A stretch of DNA of 64,000 nucleotides from Fimbriosthenelais zetlandica (lineage: Eukaryota), in assembly GCA_977030845.1 (NCBI GenBank), contig OZ365118.1, forward strand, positions 16,864,001 through 16,928,000, given 5' to 3'. The translations under genes and the position numbers were made by a program. This document shows, piece by piece, positions 11,760 to 25,400 of this stretch (positions within the stretch are counted from its first letter, which is position 1; each line of letters starts with the position of its first letter). The notes below the pieces were generated by a model that was given only the letters and a program-made list of their open reading frames with translations, did not search any database and was not told the DNA's origin.

Positions 11760-12064
11760 CAGGAAGTGGAAGCCATACTGGTTCCGGGTAGAGAAAGGGC
11801 ACGGTAAAATGGCGGCCTAACTAGATACTCAGACAGGACTTCAAAAATCGCCCAGCGAGGAAGGGAATGGATCTTAAAGACTAATTTGGTCCATGTCGGA
11901 GGATTGATGGCATTGGTGAAAAGTGGCCATTGATGGCTCAGGGAGTGGCGTAAGTGGGGGAACCGGAACCGGAACTGTTACCTTTCCACCCAAGAGGGTG
12001 ATCATTGGTAACGATGTGGCGTGTTGGCTTGGTGAGGGTGTGTGTCATGACGTCACAAGCCAAT
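11760..12064 (+). promoter_or_regulatory. Promoter-like motif cluster (YY1, ETS, CRE, CCAAT)
   Basis: CAGGAAGTG at ~11760, AAAATGGCGGCC at 11806-11817, ACCGGAACCGGAAC at ~11964, TGACGTCA at 12048-12055 and CCAAT at 12060-12064. Motif matches only. Confidence 0.3.
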
Positions 12065-13629
12065 GAGCGTTACTGGTGAGAATATCTACGAGGCCCTGGC
12101 TACACTAACTTGACGGAAAATCTGATTACAAAGACCTTCCCTTCAAATAACAATCAATTTAATTTTGTCAGTGGGTAACCAAGCTCTGAAAGTATAGTCC
12201 TGAGCTAAGATCCATTCTCTTCTGCTGTCCCAACCATTTTGATTTTTAACCGACACTTCTACCTCTAATTTAGCAGGGTTCTTTTTGTTCCTATGCTAGA
12301 TTTTTACCTACAATTCTTGTACTTTTGGAAGTACCTTTGTGATAGAAAGATTCCCAAAATGAGAAATCTCATGACCGATGGTAAACCCAATGAGTAGAGC
12401 CAGGCCACGGGGCTCGGGCGAGCTTTAGATATCGCAGTTCCCGCATCTCTCACTAGGGGGTAATGATCGACTGATGACCTCGATCTCACAATGCTTTTTT
12501 GACCACTCCTGAGGAGCGCCTGCAAAAAGAAGCTGACCCCACGTGGCCAGCCTGGCATGAATCTTGGCCAGAATAATGACCCCTCGTACACCACGGGCCC
12601 AGCAGGCGATGTAACACAGCACTCGGCCAGCCTGCCCCGACTGACCTTTTTCTCCAGCCTATTGTCTCTCCCATCCATATCAACCCGGAGGTAGATAAAG
12701 AAAAAAATCCAACCATATAGCTCTAGGTAATCATCCACCATTTGAGCTTGAATTGAGGTTTTCATCACCTATATGCATGGTCTGGAATGGTGTATTGTCC
12801 TAAAGATTGCACTAAAGTTAAGAGCTCGCAGTCACCTGCCTTCTGAAAAATATTAGTACAGACAGGTGCAAAAGCTTATGAGAACAAACGGTACATGTGA
12901 TGAAGTTTTACTATCAGCCTTTATAGTTCAGGACATACATGTATTCAGGACAGCCATGCATTCAAAGTTAGTTATCAAGTCTTTAGTGTTCAACTACTGC
13001 TTGTTAATGGGTCAGTCACTGTATATAGTAAGACTATAGTACCACATCTCACTTCTCAATTATATGCACTTTAGAAGAACAATGCCTTTGGCTGATTGTT
13101 CCATCAACTATAGTACAACCCTTTCTATTGATATATTCTGTTCATTTGCCTTCAAACAGTCGTGGAACCTGGCGGAGTGTCCCTACCAATAGGCCATTAT
13201 AGTGTGGGCCATTGTAGTCATAAGCTCTTCTAGCTATTGCAATGCATTGTCAATCAGGCATTGCCAAATCTCGCTGCTACACTATAGGAATTTGTCACAA
13301 TGCCAATCCATTTACTAGAACAATAGCGCGAAATGGAATAAATATTTCTGGTGCTGCTATGTCCACGTCTATGTAGCCATGTGGCTGATAAAGTTATGAG
13401 CACCATGGCCCCGTGCTATTCTGTCTATATAGATACCAACTTCCCATAAAACCGTCCTGAATGAACCACATCTGTCAAGATAACATTGAATATGATTTGA
13501 CAAGTAATGTAGAGTGCTGTAATCTAGTTCTGCACCCTCCGCGTTTGTCGGGGCATTTAATCCACGTTCACACGGCCATAGAAAGCCATGTATTCAAATG
13601 GCCATATCTCCGCTCCTACATAATATAGG

Positions 13630-13775
13630 GAGATGCGATGAGAGGGGAGATGGAGAGACAGACAGAGAGGGAAGGGAGAGAGATGGCGAGATGGAAAGAC
13701 AGGAATGTAGAGACAGAAAGAGAGGGGAGTGTGAGGCAGGAGAGAGATGGAGGGAGATGGAGAAGAGAGGAGGGA
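13630..13775. repeat. GA-rich low-complexity tract
   Basis: Degenerate (GA)n/(GAGA/GGGA) run. Confidence 0.75.
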
Positions 13776-14530
13776 TGAACTGTGAGATGGCTATATACTC
13801 GTAACTCAAGGCGTGTTTGTTGATGCTTTCAGTTACTCATTCTCATCTGACTGTGCATTTCAAAACCTTTGTCATCCACATTATTTATTTATCCAATTCA
13901 CATTGTTGCACATGGCGAAAGTTAAAACCTTAATGCTGATTTAAAATCCGGTAATTTGGTTAGAACGCATCCCTCCCTCTCCCATCCCTTTTAGCGTCTC
14001 CCTTTCGCCCCGTCCTTGGCATCTTCCTTTCCCTTTATACCCCCGTCCCCTCACCTCCCTTCTCCCACCGCCCTCCCCTCATTCCCCCGCCTTCACCCTC
14101 CCGCCCTACACTGTGCCCAATTACTTACCATTAGGGTTGCATTATTGGGTCGTTTCCTTCACCCCGCCAAACCCACTTTGTTCACCCTTTTCTTTGGACT
14201 GATCACCCCCCTTGATCACTGGAGGAGCTTGGAGAATCCGAGTCATTTGGTATGGATTGTAAATTAGGCTGATCTGCCCCATAAATCACTCTAATAAAGG
14301 TGCAAAGTGGACCCATTAACATGCTGTACATAGATGCATGTGTGAAGATTGCCATGAGTCTGGTGGGTAGGTTTAGACCCGTGCATAAACGGGAACACTA
14401 ATGTTTTTCGCTCGGGCTTTCCACATTCGTATTGCTTCAAATTCTGAGCTCTTCTGAAATGAGTCTTTTTTGAGAGCCTTCGCTATATTCTGTACAATGT
14501 TCTGTTATCATTGTCAGTTTATACTAAGTG

Positions 14531-17155
14531 TAAGAAACGTTTATACCATTTTGGCTACAAGTCCCTTAAATTCCTACCCAAGCGTTTTCTGAGAGAAATA
14601 TTGGTCTGACATGTTTTTTAATGCTTCAGATCGATTTCTTGGTGTAAAATAGGCCATGGGTACCCCACTTTCTTATATCTATGTATTGAAACAAAGACGG
14701 TACGGGTTAAAAACAGAGTTTTAAGGCCCTGTAATTGTTGAAAAAAGCCCCTTTAATGTAAACAAGGGCTGAAAGTTGCAGGAAAAATAATTGCTGATAT
14801 CAATTTCCCTATTTCATTGTGTTGTAATGATGGTAAGCAAGTATTAAAAAAAGTAACATATACTGGAAATGTTTTTTACCCTTGGATACAGAGCAAAATA
14901 TTTCATGGCAGGTTTTGTCTCCATGCAGTCGAACAATATGTATTATAAGGCATAATGTTATGAAAATTCTTTAAAATACATGCAGATTGTGTCTTACATA
15001 AATCTTTATGTCTAAAACAATATAATAGTAGCATTTTTAGTCATGAAGATTGATTTTCTAGTTCCTTGGGGACGGAAATGTATTCAATTTGTAGGTGGTG
15101 GCAGTTTTTGTCTCCGTGCAGTCGGCAAAATATTTATTACAATCAGTGAATTATACTTGGTGATTTTAAACCAAAAGTATATTCAAATTGCACCTGCCTC
15201 ACGTGTCTACCATGTACAACACCGTTTTGGATTCCTGTGATTAAGCTAGTCTTAAAACAGGGCGGGAAATAGTGTGTCACCGTGCCGTTGGTGGCGCGAC
15301 TGCATGGTGACCACAGAGACCTCTCTTGGCTGCCTTTACTACTAGGCTGGGAAACTTCCGGTTTCAGGACCGCAAAACAAAAAAACGCAAAGCAAGTTAA
15401 AAAGATGAACCTACTAACTAGTTTTCACCTACTTATTAATTAAATGGGGTGTGATTATTGCCATAGGCCTAGGCCTGGGCCTATGAGGAAGATATGGCCT
15501 AGGCCATCATGGTATTATGGGTAGAGAGGGATCCCCACTGAAAATGGCGCCAAAATAGGTTGGTTGCACCGCAGCGCCACCACTGGTTGGCATTGGCATG
15601 TCTCTACCCATGTCTGACCTACAGGGTGCCTGCCATGACCTTTATGGGATGCCTAGGCCTAGGCCTATATCTGTAGATACAAATTTTTAACACTATTTTA
15701 GGCCTATAGGCCTATTAAAGAGCACTTGATAATTTTCTTATAAAATTGAATTTGAAACAATACAAAATAATGTAATATCCTATAAAGAGCGCCTGGTAAA
15801 GAATCAGTTTCTCAACAGAAATTGTCCAACAGGCGGGTGCTAGGGCTTAAGGCCTACCCTATAGTAGGTCTAGGCCTATTATAGGCCTAGCCTTAATTAT
15901 TAGCCAATTAGGCCTAGGAGTAGACCTACATTTTGTACATTAGCCTATTTAGGCCTATAATATTATTTTCATGTAAATAATGCATTTAGAACTGAAAATA
16001 ATGCATCAAACATACATGAGGGTCACAGATGCATGTAGGTCTACTCCTATAATAGGCCTAGACCTACTATAATCCAGCGCCATCCAGGAAAATCTCTTTT
16101 TTTAAACTGTTCTGAAGAAAAAGTGTCTCCATAGCGTCGAACATAGATTGGCTCTAATCTTAACATACATGCACATCTCTGGGAATGTATGAGGCTTATT
16201 AAACACTATAGACCTACTCCTCTTCCAAACTTTGATATATTCAAAGGGTAAGCCAAATGTCCGTTATGAATGGAAACATGAAACCTGACCACTGGTCAGA
16301 TTCCCCTTTTGTTAAATATAGTTAGATATATAAATTTAATTAAATAGGCCTATATAACAAATATAATATAGGCCTAACTATAATAGCCCATTGAATAAGA
16401 ATTTTCAATATATTTTGCAACCGGAAGGAAATAGGAGACAAAATATTATAAGGGAAGCCACTCCCATAGCCCATTCCGATAATTAAATTTTCTCATTTTT
16501 GCCTCCTATATAATTATATGCTTAGGAAAATATGTCTCCATACGTCGAACATATGTTAGCCCTGATCTGGCATATATACTTTTGGAAATAACTGGCAAAA
16601 TTATGGGTCTTATAATTATAATAGTCTATTAGGTGGACTATTCCTCTTTAAAAGAGAATGATACATTTTCCCTATATTTTTGTAACTGAAATGAATTTGG
16701 TAGTTAAAAGGCGAATAAAATGACAGTTTGGGTGGATTCATGGATTCGTGGCAGAGAAAAATCCCATTTTCACATTATTTACCTATCCGAATTAAGAAAA
16801 AAATAGCCAGTAAATGGTCAGTAAATTTAAGAGCATTATTAAAAATATAAAACATTATAAAAACATGTAGAAAGACTGCTAATGCAACCTACCCCCTAAT
16901 AGATCTATATTTAAATGAATACGGACACCGTACATTCAGTCAAATTAGTCAAATTACTGAAAAAGAAGTATTCATGTTTGAACCGATGCATTTTTGCCAA
17001 TTCTTGGCACTTAGCTGCCAAACTTTGCACACACTGCCGGCAAGACGTCTAGTTTGTATAACAGCAATTTGGAGTTTATACAATCAATTTTAAAATTTTC
17101 GAAAATTTAGGCCTGGGCCCCCCGACTTGTCGCCAAAATGGTAGAAAGGGTCTTA
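14531..17155. mobile_element. Putative 2.6 kb non-autonomous DNA transposon-like element
   Basis: TACCATTTTGGCTACAAGTC (14544-14563) versus the reverse complement of 17124-17143 matches 19/20, and both extend outward to TAAGA. An internal motif TGTCTCC(A/G)T..GTCG(A/G)(A/C)A recurs near 14917, 15110, 16124 and 16534. No coding capacity and no convincing TSD. Confidence 0.45.
15465..16375. repeat. Cluster of palindromic AGGCCT/TAGGCCTA motifs
   Basis: 14 AGGCCT hexamers counted in about 910 bp, mostly as TAGGCCTA. Confidence 0.85.
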
Positions 17156-19629
17156 TTTGGTTTGATATATTATCCCTGTTTTGAATGTTTCTTTTTACTC
17201 GTATCTATAAGTAGATCTACCTTCCAATATGGATTTTGACATGAACAAATATATAAAAGCACTGGAGACTATAGGGATGGCAGTAGCCTCTAATATTATA
17301 TAGTTTGATGGTTGTAACTGCCTTATTCTGAACGCTGCCATATGATAAATGTGTACGATGTCTCTTCCAGTTAAAAAAACCTGAAAATATTAGAGTTTAG
17401 AGAAAAAATGAGGAGATAAGGAAATGGGATGGGAACAGCCTCGAACGATAAACTATAAATATATAGAAGATAGCATCGCTCGAGGTTAACAATGACTGAA
17501 CATCGATAGTGTCGTAATACATGGGAACTTTTTAAAGCAAAAACCAAAAGGAGGTACTATTTTTACTCAATGTAGTCCCAGCCTGGGAATTGGTGAATTT
17601 GACCCATTGTTAACTCGGGGTATTGCGCTGCTCGACTTTGTGACATTCTATATGAAATTCAAATTCTACACTGGAAGGGCCTTGTGTAAAAACGTGACAG
17701 AGAATAGAGTGGGTAGCTGAGTAATAAAAGTACCCCCTACAGTAAGTGTAGCCTTACATCGGGCTGTGAATTATCAGTGGAGGGCAGGGCCAGTCTGCTG
17801 GAGGGATGTCCCACACGTTCACAATTGCTGAGAGCCTGCTTTGTTTGCCAACCATTGCCATACAGAACTTGGTGTGGAACTTTGCATGGGCCGTGCGGAT
17901 ATATGGCAGCGGAACACCGCATGTAGAAAAGAATATATTATATTCAGGAGTACACTTGGTAAAAGTACAAAGGGAATTGGATTTTTCTTTAATCTTTTTT
18001 TGGTTGGGTCCAGTGTTGTGTATAGTGAAGATACATCTCCACCTTGAAATTTTTTGGTCAAGCTTGTTTCTTGTTCTGTAAATGAGAAATACATAGGGAA
18101 AATATATATTTTGGGGGCTTATTTCAACGACTATTTCAATGACTCCTGAGGAATAAGTAGGACAAATATATATTCTAGTACTCATTTCCTCATAAGGATG
18201 TCCTACGGTTATCAGTGGGAAGCTCATCAAATGCGCCTTTCTTTTGAAACATGCCCTGATCTAGTTCCTCAGCCCTCGTTATTGAGAGAGTAGGGTTCGG
18301 CTTTGGAAGTGGATCCCGTGCCAAAAGTAGGATGAAAATGACTCCCCATCCTGTAGTATCTTCTAACCTCTTCCACCTACCCCACCCCCTCCCTCCCTCC
18401 CCCCTCCCTCCCACCCAACCCCCTCTGCCAACCCTAATGACCAACTACCCCGTGAACGTCTGGGGACAAATGAGAGGCAGAAGAGGGGAAGAATGAGTGG
18501 AGATCACAGGAAGCGTGCACTCTGATCACTTCCGGTTGCATGGCGTGCCTGGCCGGGCTCTTCTCGCGTGAGCCTAGCCGGGATCTAGAATCGACAAGCT
18601 AATGGAGCGACACCTACACATCAATACTGGCATTTGTCCATAGCCAGGTCATCTGAGAAATGAGGCATGCTTTGTTTAAAAATGTGATGAATTATAGTCT
18701 ATATTTGGAAACTATAGACACTATTCCATTGTTCTATGAGTTCAGAGAAATGGAATTCTGTTCCATTGTGTTTGGAGATAGCATCTCCTCCCAAGAGAGG
18801 AGTATGAACATGGAATGGTTTCCTCAGTTAGGAACAGAAAATGTTATAAGTATATTGAGACAGTAACGTTGTCCCTTATGAACCAAGATGCTTCTTGGCT
18901 TGATTTAGGCATCCATGCGATTATACATTTTTTGGGGGGATATTTTTGGTTGCCACATAACAATTAGGTTCACCTAACATGAACTACCGAATGTAATCCC
19001 TCCCCCTCATTATTATAGACATCCTTATGTGTCAGTGTTCAGAGACCTGCGAGCTTTGCTTGACAAAAAATCTAATCAAGATACCATTCATCTCCCAATT
19101 AACTCCTTAGAGAGGTAATGTAATAAGGAGTAGAGAATAATTATAGTACTGTGAGTCATCAATCATTTACATGTCTTATAAATGCCATGACTGATGCGTG
19201 ACGACAAGACCAAGAGAACCCTGAGCAAAATGAAAACTGGGTCATCGAAAAATGGCCGAGAATGGGAATATGAAAGAAACCCATGAACGCCACCTTGGGA
19301 TTCCACGCAATCGATCAAAAGTTACTGATGATAAATCAATGAAAACGTTCTCCACAATGTTCCAGGCAAGTTTCCTTGCATTTCCACCGACGCCCAGAGG
19401 CAAAATCAGTGGTTGGACACTTTTGAATGTTGGTGAAAAATGCATTTTTTTGGTAGTAACACATGGGTCTAGGATGGGTTTTAATAGGATGTTCAGCTCA
19501 AGGCCAGAGGCGGGGTTGTAGGTATAAGGAAGATGTGGGTTGGTGATAGCATGCAATAAATAGCTTCCTTCACATATTTCCCAGAAGATTCATGAAGCAA
19601 CACTATGTCTCGAGAGACCTGCATCCTCG

Positions 19630-19898
19630 CCCAGCAAACATGAATCGTCACCTAAACGTGGGAGATAATGAACAGTGCTACAAGATATTTGAGATGGTCG
19701 AGAGCTTGGAACAGCTGTATGTCAATCTTTAGTATATCTGCTGTCTCATAGAAAGAAATGCGAACATAAAAAGTCTGCATATCAGCACAAACATAATCGT
19801 CCATTTCTACTATTCTATTTCGGGTTATAGATGTTGCTAAAGAAGATGACTATACTTTAGCAATGAAACCGTTGAGTGAACGTTGAATGTTGGCAGGG
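19630..19898. mobile_element. Possible degenerate MITE with CCCAGCAAACA-type terminus
   Basis: CCCAGCAAACA (19630-19640) versus the reverse complement of TGTTGGCAGGG (19888-19898) matches 9/11, with partly matching AACG-containing subterminal sequence. No TSD seen. Confidence 0.35.
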
Positions 19899-22278
19899 CA
19901 TACATGCACCACTCCTTTATTAGCCTAGAACATGGCGTGATCCAGGCCATTTATAAGCCTCCCAGTTCCCAGATCCCCTGATGATCGAGTCTTTGATCTC
20001 ACAGTCAGCAGCCACCACTTGTTTTCATTCTCATATTAGTATATATTTATGACGAGCCATGTCTATATATGGCCGCGTCCCAGCTCTACGCCTCACTCCC
20101 TTTTGTTGTCAGTGAACAGACCTAGTTAGTGTTATAGCTTCTCCAGCAACTCATAAAAGCAAATAAAGGCGGTCCAAATTCCGACATAAAGCAGGATATA
20201 AAAGCCATTCCTTACGGCCCAAGTGCCTGTCCAGTTTCTTTTTTAATCACATTTTGTGACTGGAAGACATGATGGTTTGTAGTGATGGCTGGAGTTATCT
20301 CTGTTGATAATCTAGAATGGAAAACAAGCTTAGCGATGTAAATCTTCCCTAATACCTTTCTGTCAAAACCGTAAAAGATGGTGATGCGAGTCATTGCATT
20401 TCCCGAGCATAAAGTTTAGTTAGCTGTATGCTCATATGTGATCTGTCTGCTTGGGTAAGTCGCGAAAGATAACCCATGCATTGTATACATCCTTTTCTCC
20501 CAACAGTAAGTGAGATGAAATGATATGGATTAGTAAATATTCTGACTTTTGAGTTATGCATTATAGTAATTCAAAATTAATCAGCATCGTAGACGAGATG
20601 AGATGTAGCATTGCATGATCGGTCTGGTGGATATTCATTACTTCACATAGATTTGTATCATAAAATAATGTTAACATTTGGTCCTGAATTGAGATGAATT
20701 ATAACAGATTTGACATTGCCAAGTGTGACTCGTGTGTTCGTTAGTTTGGAAGAGATACTGAAGTGCCATGAAGAGTCTCTTACTGGGTATGAGACAGGGA
20801 AAAAATGGCCGTCACACCTCGACCATCTCTCTCCAAGTGGTATTTGATGAAGCAAAAGAAACTAGGCGATGGGAGAAAGAAGAAGTTGGGATAAGATCTG
20901 GAATTCATGACCATTCGCGTCTCCCGACGGCTGGCAGATTTTCATGTATTTCTCCTGGTCTCAGCTCGCTCATTTTTCCTCCTCCTTCTCAATCTATAAA
21001 GACATGACATTGATGAGACAAAATCTGACAGCAGACTCTCTTCCCATCCTCGGAAAGATCGAAAGTGATCGATCCGGAAACATTCTCCCCGCGACTGTAA
21101 TCTGCCGGAAGTACGTCCCATCTCGAGCTGACGTGACGTCACATCCGGGGCCTGATTAATTGGGGGGAGACATGTAGCAGAACGTGCTGAGGCCGGGTTT
21201 GGGTAACAAGCAAGATGTATACCGGATATTGAAACAGAAGTTGCATTCCAATATAGCCAAACCCAAAGGGTGGGGGTCAAATCCCCAAGATGCCAGCTTG
21301 TCTGCATGTTTGCAACAAAATGAAATGACTTGGCGTCGCTCTGATGAAACTCGCTACAGCCGTGGCCTTTTTATCGGATTTTGAGGCCCTTTGCGTGTGG
21401 CAGAGCCTAGTAAGAAATTGTTATTGTTTTATTATTTGTGACACGGGCCTCTCCTAAAACAGGTGTACCTTTCAAATCCATAAAAGCCACATTCATCATT
21501 ATAGCAAATATGCTGCAGACAAGATTTTTTGAGATTCCTACCGGTAATAGATGGTTGTTTAGGAGGCAACGGTCGGTGTGTGAATATTGGCACGTTTTTC
21601 CATCAATTCTCGCATGATTCACAATCATTTACTTGGGTTTCATGAATATCAGAATAATAACATCGTAATTTATGACCATACTATATTAGTATTCACTCAA
21701 GGTGTATTTTACCCATTATAACTACCTGAGTCGTATCGGCTAGCTATCACTTTGAGGAAGGTAACCTACTATGCAATACAAGCAATTATAGTGTGGAGAC
21801 GAATCTGTTTCATCTGAAGTTCCCTAGACTGAAATACAACTAAATAATTTCTCATATTTTGATAGCTGTATAGATCTAGGCGTTTGATTTTGAATATATC
21901 TTCCAACATAAGATTCCCCTTGGAATGATAGTGATAGTTTTGAAGTAGAATCAGATTGGAATTCTATCACTTCCATTAGACAGAATACCCCAAGGTGTGT
22001 ACAGCGGGAGAGGGGAAGCTTTCAGAATCTAGCAGGATGTCTTGGAAGTTGTCGACTGTTCTAGACGATAGCACTCGTGAGACACGTGTATGGGGAAGCT
22101 TTGATAAGCATCTGTAGACAGTCCACCCCCCAAATGGCACCAAATGGGCAGAGATTGTGTCAAGATGGACAAAGACCCACTCTTGTAAGCTGACAGAATG
22201 AGGAATATAACTGGCTGTCATTCTGTAGCTAGTTCCCTAGCTAGCTATGTTGTCACCCACTTTAGAACAGAATCACAG

Positions 22279-22470
22279 AGCCTTCTCTCCCTCTCTCTCT
22301 TTCTCGTTCCCTCTCTTTCTCGCTTTCTCTTTCTTTCTCGCTCTCTCCCTCCACCTCTGTCTCGCTCTCCCTACCTCCCTCCCATGCACTCTCTTCCCCT
22401 CCCTCACTTGTTCACTAGCTCTCACTCTCCCCCTACCCTTCTCCTCCCTCTATTCCCCCGCCCTCTCTTC
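22279..22470. repeat. CT-rich low-complexity tract
   Basis: Degenerate (CT)n polypyrimidine run. It generates the spurious ORFs 22198 and 22247. Confidence 0.8.
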
Positions 22471-25400
22471 TAAGAAAGATAACGAAGAGGCAATATGATG
22501 GATCCCTCCGCCTGATAAGATATGTGATGAAGGGAAGATAGAGTGTTAGTAGTGAAACCCTTGATAATCTCCATCATTCTCTTGTAATTAGTTTTGGTCA
22601 GGCTCGTTATCTTGCTGGCTTACTTCTACTTCCCCATCCTTTCTCTGATCATTGTCCTGCAAAAGCTGTCCCCAGGCCCGTGGGATTAAATTGTTTTAGC
22701 TCACATTGTTTTCTGGCTAGTGGTATATACCCAGACTATTGTATCGCAGCCTTTGTCGCCAGGGTGGAGAAAGTATATAATGAATCCCGCACTCCGTTCA
22801 TCAGGATGTGAAATGGGAATCTCCTTCTTCCAGGATGGAAGCAAGAAGACCTGTGATTGTTATTAGGGGGGAATTTCAGCTCTAGGACACGTTGCCATTC
22901 ACTACTGACAGAGGTTGTGGTTTCACCAAAGGAAGGACCGAGGACTTACCCATAATCTTTTTTTCTTATGTCATATTGTGACAAAATGCTTTGGTTTTAA
23001 AAGATCAAAGATGAGTTGGGTATTGTCAAAGCTCTGTCTTTTCCGGGTAAAAATAGCTGTCTGGAATAACCCTTGAAAGCAATAGAATGATTTGTTTTTG
23101 AATTGACAGGACGGGAACTTATAGAGGCAACACAGGCCCAGGCTTTGTTCTATACCCAATATCACATCCCCACTTCCTCCTTAATGCTTCAAGGACCACT
23201 GAAAAGATCTTAGTGCAACAATGTTTTTATTTGCCTTCCTCAGAAAACCGTTTTATATGTTCAGGACCTGGGAATACACCCTAAACCTAGTTATAGATAG
23301 AGACATGGGGTAAAAATTGCTGAGCCGATAGACGGCAGCTAACAAAGAGCATAACGAGGCTTCCGCCTTGCCAATAGGACCAATTCTACAGAGTCCAGTC
23401 CTCCATGATGAATCGGTCGAGGTTGAGTAGATGTAATCAAAGACTATATTCCCTCCTCCTCAAATCTCAAGTCTTTGCGCGGTCGGAAAGCAGACAGCTT
23501 GAAGCCAAGAGAAAACACCCAGCTCCAACCCTGCCAGCAAATTTGTGCTCAGATCCTATTTCAAACAGGGACAAAGTGTAACGCTATCTGGCTTGCAAAG
23601 GGACACGAGTGCCTATTACATGATGTTTTCCACAAGGGAATATTTTTCTCTGCCAGTTCATTTTGCAATATTGATTGCCACTTATGAGACAATATGCTGC
23701 CAGATTTGTCCTAATTGTGCCATTACACATGAGGCACATTTTTGCGCTCAAAATAAGATAAGTTTTTCCTCTCGATTTTCCTGGTTGTCCATTGCCATAA
23801 CGACAGCTCAATAGCTCGATACAGATTTTATAAAATTTTAAAATAAATCGACGCAATTCAGCAATTTTAGTCAGTTCAAAAAATGGCCAATCAATAGACA
23901 TAATCAATACATTGCATTTTATCAGTCGATTCACTTCCAGTGAGAAAAATCGATATGACATTTTTATACTCTTCGATGGAACATATAGAAAACACATGTT
24001 ACTTTGTTAACTTTGCCTATGCATGGAGGAACGTCTGTGCTGTGCCTTGCAATGATTGCAGCGGGAAACTTCCGCCCTCCTTACTCACCCCCCAATCAGA
24101 TCCATCACGATCTCTGACAGCACCGGAAGTTAAAGGCTTGCATTGGTGTCATTAAGGCTTAGCTGGTCTTATAGGTCTCTCACACCCACCCATGCACCCC
24201 CACCCCCACCCTATACCTCCCCACTATACAAATGCTAATCTAGACCTTTAAATGTGTATGTCATGACAGTTTGTCAAGTCATCCTTTGCCTGACCAGTCG
24301 GGTTATGAATGGTGGGAGGTAGTCAGCAGCCTTTAGCCTGCAGCATGAGGTTCTGGCTTATTTCGCAGGCTCCGGCAAGCTTTGGTTATTATAATCACCA
24401 CCAGAATGCACTGGGCTATCCATCACCCAGTCTAAACCTATGGCGAGCAGCTCCTTGGGCCCGTGTGAGTTATTGCCAGCACCTTTTCTCTTTCACTCTC
24501 CTCCATCCAGCAGCCAGCTGCCCAGGAGACTCCTGACACTACTTGCATCAGCAAGCAGTCTGATTTGCTGAAGATAAGGGTCTCTCTCCCACCCACCCAC
24601 CGACCCACCCTGGTCAACATTGCACAAGTTTCCAGCTTCTAAATTTAGAATGATGGAGAAACAGTATAGTCGAACCATTAAAATAGCTCCCTATAGATTC
24701 ACATTCCACCATACTTTGCTAAAGTGCACATTTCTGCACTCATACAAGATGCAGCGATTGTACAAGATGCCATTGGGATGCTCCATGATATCTGAAATGG
24801 CTTTTTTAACCATGAGTGGAGCACAGAGATGGCCATGGCTTTGGATGAGTATGATAGCTACACGAGGCTTGTAATTTCGAGCTGTACCAAAATGATGGGA
24901 AGAAGGATGCTGCTGATTTTTTACCCAGGTTAAAATATCGCCAGCAATATTTTGTTGCCATTTGTGTCTTAATGCGTTCAACCTTTAGTATTGAAAGAGT
25001 GTAGTATAAGTGTACACTGCATTCTTTTGGAGTTCTGTTCAACGTAATATTCCTCTATTCATGTGGATATTGTATTACGGAAGGGAGAAGATAGTAATTT
25101 GTCATTTTATTGTTTGAACTATCTATTCTCTCGGGCCTTCAGTCGCTTCAATTAACACCTAGTTATAGTTCACCATAGATTCTATCGTTGGATAAATTAG
25201 GGAATTTTTCCTCAAAATCTTTGTACAGCGATTGCTCATTTGTCCATTCTTTCCCTGCTGTACATTTCTTCCATTATGATGGAAAAATGAGCCATTCAAC
25301 CAGAGTGGGTATTACCTCAATCTACTTGTCTTAAGTAATGATAGCGAAGATTGCCTAACTCCACAGCTTGACAGGAGGATAGATTCAGAATACCGAGGAT

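Noticed and set aside
20790-20855. THAP-like LHQIP...W..CDGHF on the minus strand
   Set aside because: The spacing is far too compressed and the N-terminal CxxxxC is missing; probably chance.
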